A stretch of 64,000 nt of DNA, taken from contig CBFFRP010000263.1 in NCBI GenBank assembly GCA_965644295.1, positions 434,001-498,000 of the forward strand, in the 5' to 3' direction. A program made the translations under genes and the position numbers. Below the pieces are notes generated by a model. The model was not told the DNA's origin. It saw only the letters and a list, made by a program, of their open reading frames with translations, and made no database searches. The stretch comes from Paraphysomonas bandaiensis (taxonomy: Eukaryota > Protista > Chrysophyceae). Positions 11,568-29,154 of this stretch are shown piece after piece (the first letter of the stretch is position 1; each line of letters starts with the position of its first letter).

Positions 11568-12970
11568 ATGTGCTTACCTACAGGGCATATATTCGGTTCT
11601 ATATACAAACGTTATCCTCATATACAAGATTTAAAACCATTATTTGATTTATTAGGATTCTCTGAATCTTTAATCTCAACACTCTATCGTCAATTTAAGA
11701 GAATCAGATCCACTACTGGATTAGTTGAAGTCTCACGGATATTAGAACATTATGATCTTGATGACAGTGAATTAGGTCGACGTATTTTTTCAATCTTTGA
11801 TTCCAATCCAAAGAGAGTTGACTTTCGGTGTTTCGTCGTATGTCTGTGGAATATATGTACCCTAGATACCGTTGGCTTAGGTATAGTTTCGCGTGAATCA
11901 TTGACCCATTTAACCTTTTCTTCAGTTAATTTTGGCTACGACTTACTGATATATTCACCTGAGGATATTCTTTCTAATGATTCCATTCTTTCTGCTCTTT
12001 ACGGCGACAGACTCTATGACAGATCCACTATGGTCCGGTACGTTTGTGCGTACATCGAATACTCATTTTGTCTTATCCTTGCTGTAGTATCAATCGCATG
12101 GTGGGGTGCCACCCATTAGGGGACCTCGGACGTCAAGAATTTCTTATGTTTTGTGAGCGTTTTCCCTCTTTCTTAACGCCTCTGCATAACATTCAGTGCA
12201 CTCTGCGCGCTCGTGTTCTTGGGACTAAAGTGTGGTCACAATTATCAGATATACGATTCAAGAATGATTGTGACAAGAAGCAGTCTACGCTGCTTGATTT
12301 ATGCTCAACACCAGGTGCTGGAAAGGATTGTAGAGAGGAACCCACTCAGAGACTTGAGAATGAACGTAGCAGTCGTAGAGAGAAAGTTATATCTACATGT
12401 AGAGAGCCGTATAACTTTCGGTTGATTCCCTCCAACCGTGTGAACTTGGGCTCAGACCACAGTAATTATTCAATGTTTTCGTCGAAGGCGTCAGACGATT
12501 CATCAATTAGTTCTCCTGCTTTAGAACCACGTTATCGGACATCCCCTAGCTGTGGTGCAACCGGTAAACCACCGACTGCCCACCCGAATGCTCCACCGAA
12601 CACAACCCGACCTCCACTTCCGAAGACTGTGACCCAAAGTGATTTGAAGGACTCCTCCTCTTTATCCACGAATTCAAAATCTAAGTCACCCTTAAAGTGT
12701 TCTAGTTCCAGGGAGCATACACAGTCTGATATCAACTTCCAAATACTCCAATTGGATCGTTCTGATACAGATGACAGAGATAACCTGCGGAGGATCATGT
12801 CCGATGTCTCCAGTCTAACCGACCCGTCGTTTGCCTCAGTTCCCAGTTCCCCCGAGCAGTATTGTGTTATCCAAATATCGAAGCTGGTGAAGAAGCCACA
12901 TAATATATATTCAAATCCTGCACGAAATAAGGTAATTCCAACAACTTTCGAACCAGATTTTGGGATTTGA
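11568..12970 (+). CDS. EF-hand-like protein with low-complexity Ser/Pro tail (about 2 introns)
   Basis: RIFSIFDSNPKRVDFRCFVVCLWN and EFLMFCERFPSFLTPL resemble degenerate EF hands. GT-AG introns near 11881-11925 and 12037-12087 join the two ORFs. Confidence 0.6.
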
Positions 12971-13607
12971 TTAACAGATTATCATACATCTATCGTTATT
13001 TCCTTTTCAATTTGAAGAGTTTGTATGGCCGTGACACGTGTGTACCATAACGCATACCCTCATGTGGCCCCCGTGGGTACAGAATCAAAGGAAGTGTGCG
13101 TGTACTACTTTGTGTTTGTTATTTTATTCTGACTGTGCTTTGTAATCATGTGATGTCAAAAGTAAATACTCTGAGCTGAGTTTCCCCTTTGGAATATTAC
13201 TTGATCGTTTAGTAAGAACCTATGAATATATTAGTCTAATTAAAGAATACTTCTATTAATATTACAAAAGACAAGAAAGACCTGAGAGCGCTTTGTGAAA
13301 GCGCTACTTTCTAGTTTATATGTTTATATCGTATATATATCACCATACCAACCCTTGTAGTTGTCGCATTGGTTGTGCTCTATATAAAAAGTAGAAGATA
13401 TGGGGTCTGTCAATACTTTACTATAATATATTAGCATATTTATATATGTGCTATGTGCAACTTTCGTGTAGAGGTAACAATTTACTTAACCAATACTTGT
13501 GTTCGCAAACTATTAGTCAATCACTTACCATTTACTGTTTACAATACACCAGACATTCTAAAAATATAAGCTGAATATATATATATAGTATGATGTATGA
13601 TGCTTCC

Positions 13608-13661
13608 ATCACTAATTGATGCAAGGTCTCAACGCCTATTGCTAAATAATCAGACATTCAC
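13608..13661 (+). mobile_element. Short insertion of the dispersed family, with 12-bp TSD
   Basis: TATGATGCTTCC at 13596-13607 and 13662-13673 flanks ...AACGCCTATTGCTAAATAATCAGACATTCAC. Confidence 0.7.
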
Positions 13662-13924
13662 TATGATGCTTCCTCTAGAATCATCTAATGTCAGATGTCA
13701 GACGCATAATAAATCAATATAACATGTGTGTGCAGTGAAAGGATTATACATTGTGAAATGCGAAGCCTGTTTTTATATATATAATATATCATAACAATTT
13801 TATTACAGTTTAAGGTTTAAGATAAATATTTCGACATCAAAGTAATAAGAAGTAAAGCAATTTAAATAAGAAATCCATTGGTATTGTACACTAAATACAA
13901 ACACAACGACAATTTAATACATCG

Positions 13925-16251
<2,327 letters not shown>

Positions 16252-16291
16252 TGTATGTATATGTATGTGTAATATCAGTATGTATGAACTA

Positions 16292-16549
16292 ATATGTATA
16301 TCCGTGATATGATAGATAATAAAGTATGAAGTGTGAAGTATGAAGTGTGAAGTACGAAGTGTGAAGATGTATAACACTTGCACTATATGTATATCAGTGA
16401 TATGATAGATAATAAAGTATGAAGTGTGAAGTATGAAGTGTGAAGATGTATAACACTTGCACTATATGTATATCAGTGATATGATAGATAATAAAGTATG
16501 AAGTGTGAAGTATGAAGTGTGAAGTACGAAGTGTGAAGATGTATAACAC
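16292..16549. repeat. Compound minisatellite (3 units of about 78-92 bp containing 7-bp GAAGTRT subunits)
   Basis: atatgtatatc.gtgatatgatagataataaagtat(gaagtgt/gaagtat)n gaagatgtataacac repeated three times. Confidence 0.9.
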
Positions 16550-16788
16550 GAATGTACCTCACATCACACTTTTGATTTCTTCAGTCTTGTTTTAAGATAT
16601 ACACAATACGTTGATTATAGACTACTTCAGTATACTTTATCAACATAGCATGAGGATGATATGGTGACCTTATTTCATCTAATCTACATCTTCATTTCAC
16701 TTACTCATCCCTTTAGAACTCGAAGTCAGAACAATCCAATCACGTCACTTTAATTTTGGCTGTTTCTTTCAGCTTCTTTCTAAAAAAA

Positions 16789-17010
16789 TACGGGATCTCA
16801 GATCTTTCCCATCTTTACATAGTCCAAGTATATTAACGGATCTCTAGCCCGTCAAGAACATCCCGTTTATTTTCTGTATTTCAGACCATACATCTTGTAT
16901 GGATGTACGGGATATAGATTTCCTATCTTTCCACAACCCAAATACATTAACGGATCTCTGACCGTTAAGAACATCCCGTTTATTTTCTGTATTTCAGACC
17001 ATACATCTTG
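16789..17010. repeat. Tandem duplication of about 115 bp in the kinase/NVL divergent intergenic region
   Basis: attaacggatctct..aagaacatcccgtttattttctgtatttcagaccatacatcttg present twice. Confidence 0.85.
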
Positions 17011-17241
17011 GGTGGGGCTATGAGCATATATATATACATATAGCTCAGTCTTAAGGGAACATACCATGGAATAGAGAACTTAACTAAATATATTATAAAA
17101 AACCATAAAAAAGGATTTGTTTATCATTTCTATGCAATTCATATCCATTCATTATAACTCATAACCTATCAGTGGATTACTAGTGCTCATTCTATATATA
17201 TATATAACAGTTACTCATATAGATATCCATATATTCATAAA

Positions 17242-20347
<3,106 letters not shown>

Positions 20348-21255
20348 ATAGTGTGATTAGTAAATAGTAAACTAATAATAGTACCAACGACTATCATATC
20401 TCCAATGCTATCTTCACTCTATTTAAATAAGATTTAAGGTTAGTCTTGATATTTAGTAAGGATATACTTGATATTATTAGAGATAAAGATTGAACGATAA
20501 GGCCTAATAGTATAATAGCAAGACACGTTTGAGCAGAGCGTTAGCACCACACATGTGCGTATCTTGTACAGTCGCGTATCATGTATAGTTTGGTAAATAT
20601 TCAGTCTATTTGGTATTTCATTGTATACGTGTGTTGTATTCACGCGTTAAGAGATATACGTGAATCAATGACTCCTAATATATTTTACTATTGGATTGAA
20701 AATAGAACCTGTGCACAAGGTAGTGACAGCGGAATATGTGTACTCCTTCCACCTTATCACAGAAACGTGCATGACGATTACGCTGGCGTAGTGCTAAAAA
20801 TGCTGAAATCGTAGTGGGAAGTCCTTTGTACATGACCTCGTGCTCTCTGTAGATTCCACTATTTTGTATTTTGAACCATAGTGGAAAATAGCTGAATTTT
20901 AATTACAAATGTCAATTAGCGTTGTTATACGTATGTTATAGAGCTATATAATCAGATAGAGTTATATGTATCCACTTGATATCATAATGTTCACTTGATA
21001 CGGTTTGGCACAGTGTAGAACAACACTATCTATTCACACCGAAATCTCCTGATGAGAGCATGCAGTCTAGGATCAAATAAAAGAGAAGTGTATAGCATTA
21101 ATTACTCTCCGTAAATACTGCCACTATGTGCAATTATCTAGACTACATGCATCACTGCTTATCATAATATGAAGTACATTCCCAACATGTAAAGTCTGAG
21201 CCACGGTGGCTCGACGAACAAAAGCCCATAACTGAAAGACAAGGTTGATATCTCA

Positions 21256-22345
21256 CTAAGATGTCATAGCTCGATGCCCCTGATATCCTGCTTTAGATGC
21301 CAGAGCACGACTCTTTTTCGCGGCCATTTCCAATATTTCAATTTTCTTCTGCCAGTTCTTCAGAGTACTCTGTAGTTCATACATAGATCGCTTCTGCATG
21401 ATATAATCCTCAACATTAGGCATCTCAGATGCCTCGTCGATCTGTTGCCTTAGTCTGTTGTTCTGTCTTGTATCTGTGCTCACCTCCTTATTAACTTTAT
21501 TTACTTCTTGAGATAATTTATTCAGCAATGCTCTTTTGTTTGTGGTCTCGGTGCGGAGCCACTCAGACTCCGCCATTTTCTCATTCAACTGACGCTTCAA
21601 TTCGTTCAATACCCTGAGTGTTTTACCAGTCGAAAGCTTAACAGTCAAAAGCTCTTCATTTCTTTCCTCGATTTTTGCCACATATTGCTTATTCTCAATC
21701 TGCAGTTGGTGGAAATCAATGTAGTGTAAAACATCACCAATCTCTTCCTTTTGACTCAACTGCTTCTCTACTTTATGAATCTGGCTTTTTAGAGTTGCAT
21801 TCTTCAGACGTAACTTCTCCACCATAGAATCCTTGGATTTCAACTTTTCTTCCAAGTATCGAGTGACTCTTTCTGCCATAATTTTTCCTGTTCTAGAGTT
21901 CTCTGCCCCGACAACAACGTCCCTTTTGAATTCGTAAGCATCTCTCTTCAATTCACTTATTCTAATTTCAGTTTCCTCAAGTACAGCACGTAAAGTATCT
22001 ATCATCTTCTCATAGTTCTTCTTATTTTTTTCCATTTCTGTATGTAAATCTTCCTGTACCAGAATAGCAATATCATATTTTTGATCTATGGTTAGTGCAG
22101 GAGGAGCATTGCGTCTTTTATTTCTTGGTTTCCGCTTATCATCTTCTTCAATCCCCATTTCCATCTTCTTCTTTTCATAATATTTTTGATAAACAGAATT
22201 TTCAAGATTTATTCTGTCAATTTCTTGTTTTAAGTTTGCTACCTGTATATATATAGAGAGAGTTCATCATGCTGGTGTATACATATATAAGCGAGCACAC
22301 CAGTACCTTATTCTCCAAATCTATTCTTCGACTTTGAAGTGACAT
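21256..22345 (-). CDS. CCDC113: Ciliary coiled-coil protein CCDC113/CFAP263-like (1 intron near 22243-22306)
   Basis: QKEEIGDVLHYIDFHQLQIENKQY and KRDAYEFKRDVV motifs typical of CCDC113 (DUF4201). Confidence 0.85.
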
Positions 22346-22872
22346 TCTTAAGAGATCTTGTGTATGTCAATACCTATAAATTGAAAGCAAATACTTATAA
22401 TTTAACACACTCTCTTAATAGTAACTTCAGTTGTGTCTTATCTTTATCATAGTGATGCTATGTATGTATATGTATATGTGTATATGTACGCATGTATGTA
22501 TATATATATATGTATGTATATGTATGTATGTATATGTAACACACAGCGGTTACTTTTTCTAGCTTTCTTTATATAACGTATACACTGTATAAGGGTCAAT
22601 AATACACTTAGTATATACTGCTGCTGGTGAGTACTATTTTCAGTTTATGACATATGGCTTTCACACTTGCATACCAAATTATCCCCAATATGGGATCAAA
22701 TAATCCCCAATATGGGATCAATGGAATAGAATGATGTGTGGTGGATAGATGCCGTATATCTGTGAACCAAATCATCCAGAACTCTAAACTATAGAAATCT
22801 CTTACTATACATACCCACTTCAATAATCTTACTTTAAAGCTTATATACATATCAGACTTCATAGTTTAAATC

Positions 22873-23501
22873 ATGGTGTTTCTTGGACAAATAGTATCAA
22901 CTCCATATGGTGTGGGTAAAATTGTGGAGAAACGTGAAAATGATTTGGTTGTTATTCCCACTTCATGGGAGTTAGCCTACGGTCAGAAACCCACCTTTTA
23001 TCTTAGCGAACAGGACGTTTCCCCTTACTTCTCTGTTAATGATGGTGTCGTAACTCAATATGGTTACGGAAAAGTTGATGCCATTAGAGAGGAGGATGGT
23101 GTGTACGTCGTTACCCTGGATACTTGGCATCTGGCTACTGGCAATAGCCCTACACTATACCTTCAAGGGGACAACTTGCTTTTCAAGGTATGACCTTTAC
23201 TTTTGAATAGTTCTTTTATTCTAAATATACACTTTATTTGTAGTCTTCATTTTCTGTGGGAAGCAAGGTCACTTGCATGTATGGCACTGGTAATGTCATC
23301 GGAATCAGGGCAGATAAAGTTATTCTTGTCGAGCCTGAGAACTGGGTTCTTGCGAACAACAAGCCCCCTGTATTTTACTTGAACATCGATGCTGTAGAAG
23401 TAGTCGAGGAAAATAGACCTGCAGAGAAAACTGGGGTTAAGGCTGGAGCGACCACATCTACGACATCTGGCAAGAAGAAAAGCTTTTGCGTGATATCATA
23501 A
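22873..23501 (+). CDS. Small protein with three ~50-aa beta-rich repeats and a polybasic CaaX tail (1 intron)
   Basis: Repeats VSTPYGVGKIV / VVTQYGYGKVD / VTCMYGTGNVI each followed by W.LA....P.(F/L)YL; ends KKKSFCVIS*. Confidence 0.75.
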
Positions 23502-24088
23502 TTCCGACGTATTTACACGGGCCTGTTCATTGAGCAGATTGCTCCATTTTGTCGTTTACTGTTGGAGATATAGCATTCTTTTTGTGCTGCGCTAGCAGTG
23601 TCCTGTCTAATTAATCATTTATTTTTGAATGGGGAAGCTTTAGTATGTCGAGGTCATTACATCCATCTAACCAAATAATTGCTGCGAATTAAGTATCTAA
23701 TCGATATTGCTAATCTAATCGCTATAGGAAGTTGAATTAAGTTACACATCATCTTGTTGTAAATATAGAGAACAGCTTCTGAGATATCACGTGTATTGTG
23801 TAGCAAATCTAGGATCTATTATAGGTGTATAGATGTATAGATCTCGCCTAAGTCTATTGTTGGTGCATTTCGATACTGTATAGTTGTAATAAAAGTACTC
23901 TTGCCTAAGTAAGTAAGCGACCAGAATGTTGTACAAAGAAATAAGAAAGACATAATCGAAATAATGTTGTCGTAGTTAGGGTATAGCAATGTAAGAATAT
24001 TTAGTTCTTTCTTTTTTATCAAACCTCTGAGCTGTATAAGGGAATACGATAAAATGACTTAGTTATTCTTTATGTTATAGCTTAATTA

Positions 24089-24856
24089 CAGGGATAGGGA
24101 ACAATATATTGATTGGTGGACTGGTCATATATTCCATCAATATTGTTTCTGTTAAAAGCGCTCACAATACTATTGCAATATAACGCAATCAATATTATGA
24201 TATAGAATCTTAACTGTATGGTGCAAAATATACGCCTATGTCTACAAATATCCGGAAAATAAGAAAAAAAACGTACTATATCAATACAGAGGATGATGAA
24301 TCAGAAGTTGGCTATGCAGAAAAAATTCTTCAATCAGCTCAAAAATTTAAGAAACGGGAAGTTGAAATATCTAAGTACAGGTGCACGAGTCATGTAGTAT
24401 GTACTTCCAATACATGTGAACGCCTGTTCAGCGCAGCAAAACTGATTATATCAGTGTTGCGCAATCGTATGCATCCTACTACACTTAATATCTTAATATG
24501 CTGTTGTTACTGAAAGCTAACCGACAGTTGTGGCCGGATGCAAGCATATTTCAATCATTATTGAATGAATATGGTGATGATGATGTCACCGATGATGGCT
24601 CAGAGGATGAGTATGAGGAAACTTTTAATTAGTTAAGAGTAGTGGGCTTGATTATCAAGTGACCTTAGACCTTATAATGGCAAATACTAAAAATGGAAAC
24701 TACGAACTACGGATGTGTTTACTTACTGATTAGTCATATACTAATATATTGCAATATATTGAAATAGTATTGTAAGGCCGGTTTAAAAAATCCATCAATA
24801 CTATTGATGGAACGCTATCTAACAATAGTATTGCAACATATTGTTCCCTATCCCTG
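24089..24856 (+). mobile_element. Non-autonomous hAT DNA transposon (internal deletion derivative)
   Basis: TIR CAGGGATAGGGAACAATAT, 8-bp TSD CTTAATTA, remnant of the hAT dimerisation domain (TSNTCERLFSAAKLIISVLRNRMHP). Confidence 0.95.
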
Positions 24857-25507
24857 CTTAATTATGACATGATGATGAAGTAAGAGTTTACGGCGACCCA
24901 TAGAATGAAGTGGGGGGTTATGCAAAGGATACGAAGACGTTGGAATGAGAAAACAGGATACAACGACATGGAGTGATTGAGATGCAAGCATATGTTGTAA
25001 GCTAATCCTACTATATACTTTCTACTCACTCTGTCATCTCAATTATAGCCGTCTCTATGTCTACATGTTCTTATCACAGCCACCTAAGAGATTCATACCC
25101 TAGACCCTTAAAGCTGCAAGTTCCGAATTGATGTGTACTGCTGCTACCTTGACCTCTATGTACAGCTTAGAATATGGATACATGCATGGATCTGGATATG
25201 TCTTATCAACGGCTGGGCTGGATACATAATTGTCATAAAAATATGGTATTTTCGGATTGAAAAATGTGTGTATAAAAGTCAACTAATAGTGAAAAATCGC
25301 TTCTTTTTGTTTTTATATGTCCATTTTTTCCTTTTTTTCTAGTAACTCTATTCTCCTCACTGGTGCTGTACACAGCAGTCAGCAGTATATACAGCAGTAT
25401 ACTACTTTACTATACTGCTATTCAACATATGAGGTATGCAATTGAAGCACAGGCAGAGTTCATAACTGAGAGAATTAAGGCAGCAAAGACTACTATATGG
25501 TCTATAA

Positions 25508-27136
25508 ATGATGCCATGGTTTTGGAATATACCAATACTTGTATTGGGAATAACAGCGTTGACTTGTTATACAAGTTCTCTTGAGATATTAGTATCGCAT
25601 AAGCATTGCTTATATCATATTGGTTTATTGCATAATAATATAATAGTACAACCATTTAGGACAGTAGTATTAGATGACCATGATGCATCATCATCAATGC
25701 TTCATGTTAGTGTTCAGGGTGTTTTGTTCGATGCCATTCGTCTGGATAAGAAGGATGTCGACTGGCAGTATATCGGTATGATCACTATACTTGACGATGA
25801 TCAAGTCCTCTTCTCAACTTCATTTAATTCAACACCCCAGATTGAAATTATAGATATCAGCCCATACATAAATGTACAATTGATCGGAAACACAAGTTTA
25901 GCCGACATTAGAATATCCGGTGAAGATAGCGTAACTTTATCTTACCCGTTGATTGCTGGGTATATTGTGCCCGTGTATACGGATACTCGGAGGTATAATA
26001 TGCTTATGTCATCATATATCCGGGTTGTTGACGCAGTTGACAATTTTATTCAGCACTTGTCATATTTTGATACGTATATTTCAGCACCAGATCTGCTCGA
26101 ATATATATGTGCTGATAAAGAATGCGATAGTAATCCTCCCAGGAAAGTTGTCGGTGTATTGTACTGGCCTAGTGGTTTGGGCATCAGCACACCTTACTAT
26201 ATACGAGAAGGCTACCGTATTTTGGATCATGTTCACCATATATGTGCATGTGTTCGTTGTACGCATACCACTCTGCCTTACGTTCATGAGCTTGTGGCAT
26301 CTATACTCACTGGTGTTGACATCGATATACTGAAACGATCATATAATTATGTGTCGCTGGGGTATGCTTGCTACACTGCTTCTGGAGGAACACATTTAGG
26401 AGTGCGACCTACTAAATCGCAGGGTTATAAAACAGGACCATTTGATTTGTTGTATTCGAACGAAGATGGACTTGTGAAGTGCATATTGGAAGATTGTGTG
26501 CATCTAACTGATTCAAGGTATATCTATATTCGTGAACATAGTGTGTACACATGGAGTTGCTTGAGTATGTATTTCTTGTTCAATTTGTTATGCAAGTATA
26601 TTGCATTGCAAACTAGTATTCTGCTCAAAGCATGTAATTGGAAGGCAGTGTTATACTATGGCACAACATCCAAATTTGACGCTAATATTTATTCTTTATA
26701 CAGGTATCTTGAGTTAATTCCTTTGCCGTATTTGATTCCAGAGATGGCACCCAATGAATTCGAAGTAGGCACGTTTTTGATATATAATAACTACTACAAG
26801 TTCGTTTTCAACCACGAGAGCCCAGCGTATTACGTTACACTAAACCAAAGTTGGACAGGAGGAGTAAACCACTTCGTTGACAATGATTTCTATTACTTAA
26901 AACAAAGATACAACACCCGATATCAGAATTTTGTGGATACGGTCACTGGAAATAAGGCGGTGCTGTTCATGGTCACCTGTTTAAATATCTGCAACCTCAC
27001 TCGATTACACAATACTATTAAATATAAATACCCACGACTAGTGTTTGACATTGGCGAGTTTATTATACCCCATATTGATGATTGGATGGGATATGCTCGT
27101 ACTCTTATGAATCTTAGTGATAGCGAAATGAATTAG
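25508..27136 (+). CDS. Protein with hydrophobic N-terminus and C-terminal DUF1796-like (putative papain-like cysteine peptidase) domain
   Basis: YVSLGYACY..GVRPTKSQGYKTGPFDLLYSN..FVFNHESP..W.GG.NHFVDNDF..RY..RYQNF, recalled as DUF1796-type motifs. Probable in-frame intron about 26518-26703. Confidence 0.6.
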   Translation: MMPWFWNIPILVLGITALTCYTSSLEILVSHKHCLYHIGLLHNNIIVQPFRTVVLDDHDASSSMLHVSVQGVLFDAIRLDKKDVDWQYIGMITILDDDQVLFSTSFNSTPQIEIIDISPYINVQLIGNTSLADIRISGEDSVTLSYPLIAGYIVPVYTDTRRYNMLMSSYIRVVDAVDNFIQHLSYFDTYISAPDLLEYICADKECDSNPPRKVVGVLYWPSGLGISTPYYIREGYRILDHVHHICACVRCTHTTLPYVHELVASILTGVDIDILKRSYNYVSLGYACYTASGGTHLGVRPTKSQGYKTGPFDLLYSNEDGLVKCILEDCVHLTDSRYIYIREHSVYTWSCLSMYFLFNLLCKYIALQTSILLKACNWKAVLYYGTTSKFDANIYSLYRYLELIPLPYLIPEMAPNEFEVGTFLIYNNYYKFVFNHESPAYYVTLNQSWTGGVNHFVDNDFYYLKQRYNTRYQNFVDTVTGNKAVLFMVTCLNICNLTRLHNTIKYKYPRLVFDIGEFIIPHIDDWMGYARTLMNLSDSEMN

Positions 27137-27474
27137 TTTGTACAATGTTATGCCAGTAACTTCATAAAGAAATCTCAAACTTACGCTGATATGCTGCACT
27201 CGATCCTGCTTAAACTTAGGACTGTGTATTTCCACTACCCTAGTGATTGAATTCTTGTGTCCATTTGATAAGGATGTGAAGGTTGCTATTCGCTACAATG
27301 AGCGATTTATGTGCGCTTCTTTTTTTCTTTTATATGTAGTCAATTATTGGTCAATTATTGGTAAATATTGACCAGAGAATGGTTTGATGACGAAATAAAA
27401 TTCTTACAGTTAATGCTTCTACCTAATCGTATCGCACCGAAATACCAAATCTGCAAACTATTACAAATATATAT

Positions 27475-29154
27475 CTACACGTCCTTGTTCTTCGTTGTTA
27501 GGCCCATATCGTCACTGCTGAGGCCAACAGGGAGTGTTGCTGGAATGCTCCCATAAGCAGTTTCGGTTGTCAACATGGGACTTTCAAGTAGTTGAAAGTC
27601 GTCAGAATTTCCTCGAGATCGGTCACTATAGTAAAAAGCGTCATAGTCTGAGGCTGTATCTTCACTTTCAAACCCACGCTCGTATAAACTTTGCTCCATA
27701 TTATGCCACTCATCCACGAAAGCAGTTGTGGCTGCTTCTATAATGCCGCGTACACTGTTATCATTCGGCTGATGGAATCCACTGCTATCCCCAACAGCTG
27801 GAGGATCTCCAGTGGAAGGGGTAGTATCAGTCTCACTCTTCTCCTGCAACTCCTTCACATCCAGTAGGGGGGTAGTGCAGTGATCGCCTTCGAATGCCTG
27901 CGTCTGTCCATACTCTCCCTCCACAGACCCAGGTTGTGGACTTGTGCTACGGACATCAGGAGCCATCTCCTGGGCAGAGGATGGGGATGTGTTCACAGCC
28001 CCCCCCTGCCCTTTGTTAGTAGCAGCCTGATAAGCGATTTCTGCAGCAGCCTGGACAACTTTCTGCATGTCCTCTTTCTTAGAGAACTTCAGCTGGTATC
28101 GCTGCGAGAACACCTCAATATAATAGGAAGCACCATTGTAAACAGCCGTTACAAAGAGCGCCACCATATACCCCACATGCAGTCTATACGACCGATACAA
28201 TAGAAAAGACGGTAGGAATGCTACTACCGTAAATACGAACTGGCTCGTCATGAATATGATTTTGGTTTTAACTTCGTGGGCCTGATATTCCTCATCTTTC
28301 TTCATCACCCCCACACTTTTCATGAGCTTGAGAACACCACGAGCTGTTGCATTCTTCTTATCCTTTGCTAGCCAGCGGAGGGATGTAAGCAGTTCAGGAT
28401 TATTATCAAGCACATGACGGTCCATAATCTCTGTCTTGATATAGTAGCTAACTTGCCAGAAGATATATCCTAATGCTGCATTGATAAAATCTTGTAGAGA
28501 TAGTGGTTTAATAGAGGCAGGAGATATAACGTTCCACCTCAATACCAGTGTCAGCATTGCAGGAAGGATGTGAATATATATTGACGTCATCTTATCAAAA
28601 TCATGATAGACAAGTGAGTTACGCCATACTATTAAGGCCCATGTTAATGGACCATTAGTATATATAAATAACATCCGGAAAAACCATGGTATGTAATTAT
28701 GTAAAAATACACATAATATACTGAGAATATTTGTAAAATAACAAAAATCATACAGAAAATACTGTAATTTAATCGATTTGAAATAAAAGTATCGTCCAAG
28801 TAATAGTGTTGGAATTATAATACAAAACATTATACCAAAATAATCTGGACGATTTAATATAAAAAATTGACATAATGGTATATTTAATACACCGATTGTA
28901 AAAGAAATTTTATCAAATAATTTTACATATCGTGGTATTTCTTTTTTTTCTTTAATATGATCACGTACACGTTTTTGTTCATCACCTGTAACAACTTTTC
29001 TCCATTTCTTTTTTACATATTGACTTGATGGTAAAATTATAAGATCTTTTACTTTTTCAGTGACTTCATTTAATTTCCAATCGTCATTCAATTTCATATT
29101 TAATTTTAATATTTCTTCTACACGATGTTTAACTCTTTCAATTTTTTTGTTCAT
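27475..29154 (-). CDS. GPC1: Glycerophosphocholine acyltransferase (GPC1/GPCAT, DUF2838)
   Basis: YFLYDFCYF, NGPLTWALIVWRNSLVYHDFDKMTSIYIH, YNGASYYIEVF; multi-pass membrane protein. Confidence 0.9.
   Translation of the reverse strand: MNKKIERVKHRVEEILKLNMKLNDDWKLNEVTEKVKDLIILPSSQYVKKKWRKVVTGDEQKRVRDHIKEKKEIPRYVKLFDKISFTIGVLNIPLCQFFILNRPDYFGIMFCIIIPTLLLGRYFYFKSIKLQYFLYDFCYFTNILSILCVFLHNYIPWFFRMLFIYTNGPLTWALIVWRNSLVYHDFDKMTSIYIHILPAMLTLVLRWNVISPASIKPLSLQDFINAALGYIFWQVSYYIKTEIMDRHVLDNNPELLTSLRWLAKDKKNATARGVLKLMKSVGVMKKDEEYQAHEVKTKIIFMTSQFVFTVVAFLPSFLLYRSYRLHVGYMVALFVTAVYNGASYYIEVFSQRYQLKFSKKEDMQKVVQAAAEIAYQAATNKGQGGAVNTSPSSAQEMAPDVRSTSPQPGSVEGEYGQTQAFEGDHCTTPLLDVKELQEKSETDTTPSTGDPPAVGDSSGFHQPNDNSVRGIIEAATTAFVDEWHNMEQSLYERGFESEDTASDYDAFYYSDRSRGNSDDFQLLESPMLTTETAYGSIPATLPVGLSSDDMGLTTKNKDV

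Noticed and set aside
16292-16549. CRISPR-like array
   Set aside because: No unique spacers and no cas genes; this is a eukaryotic minisatellite. It also produces the spurious N-terminal extension of ORF 14830..16383.
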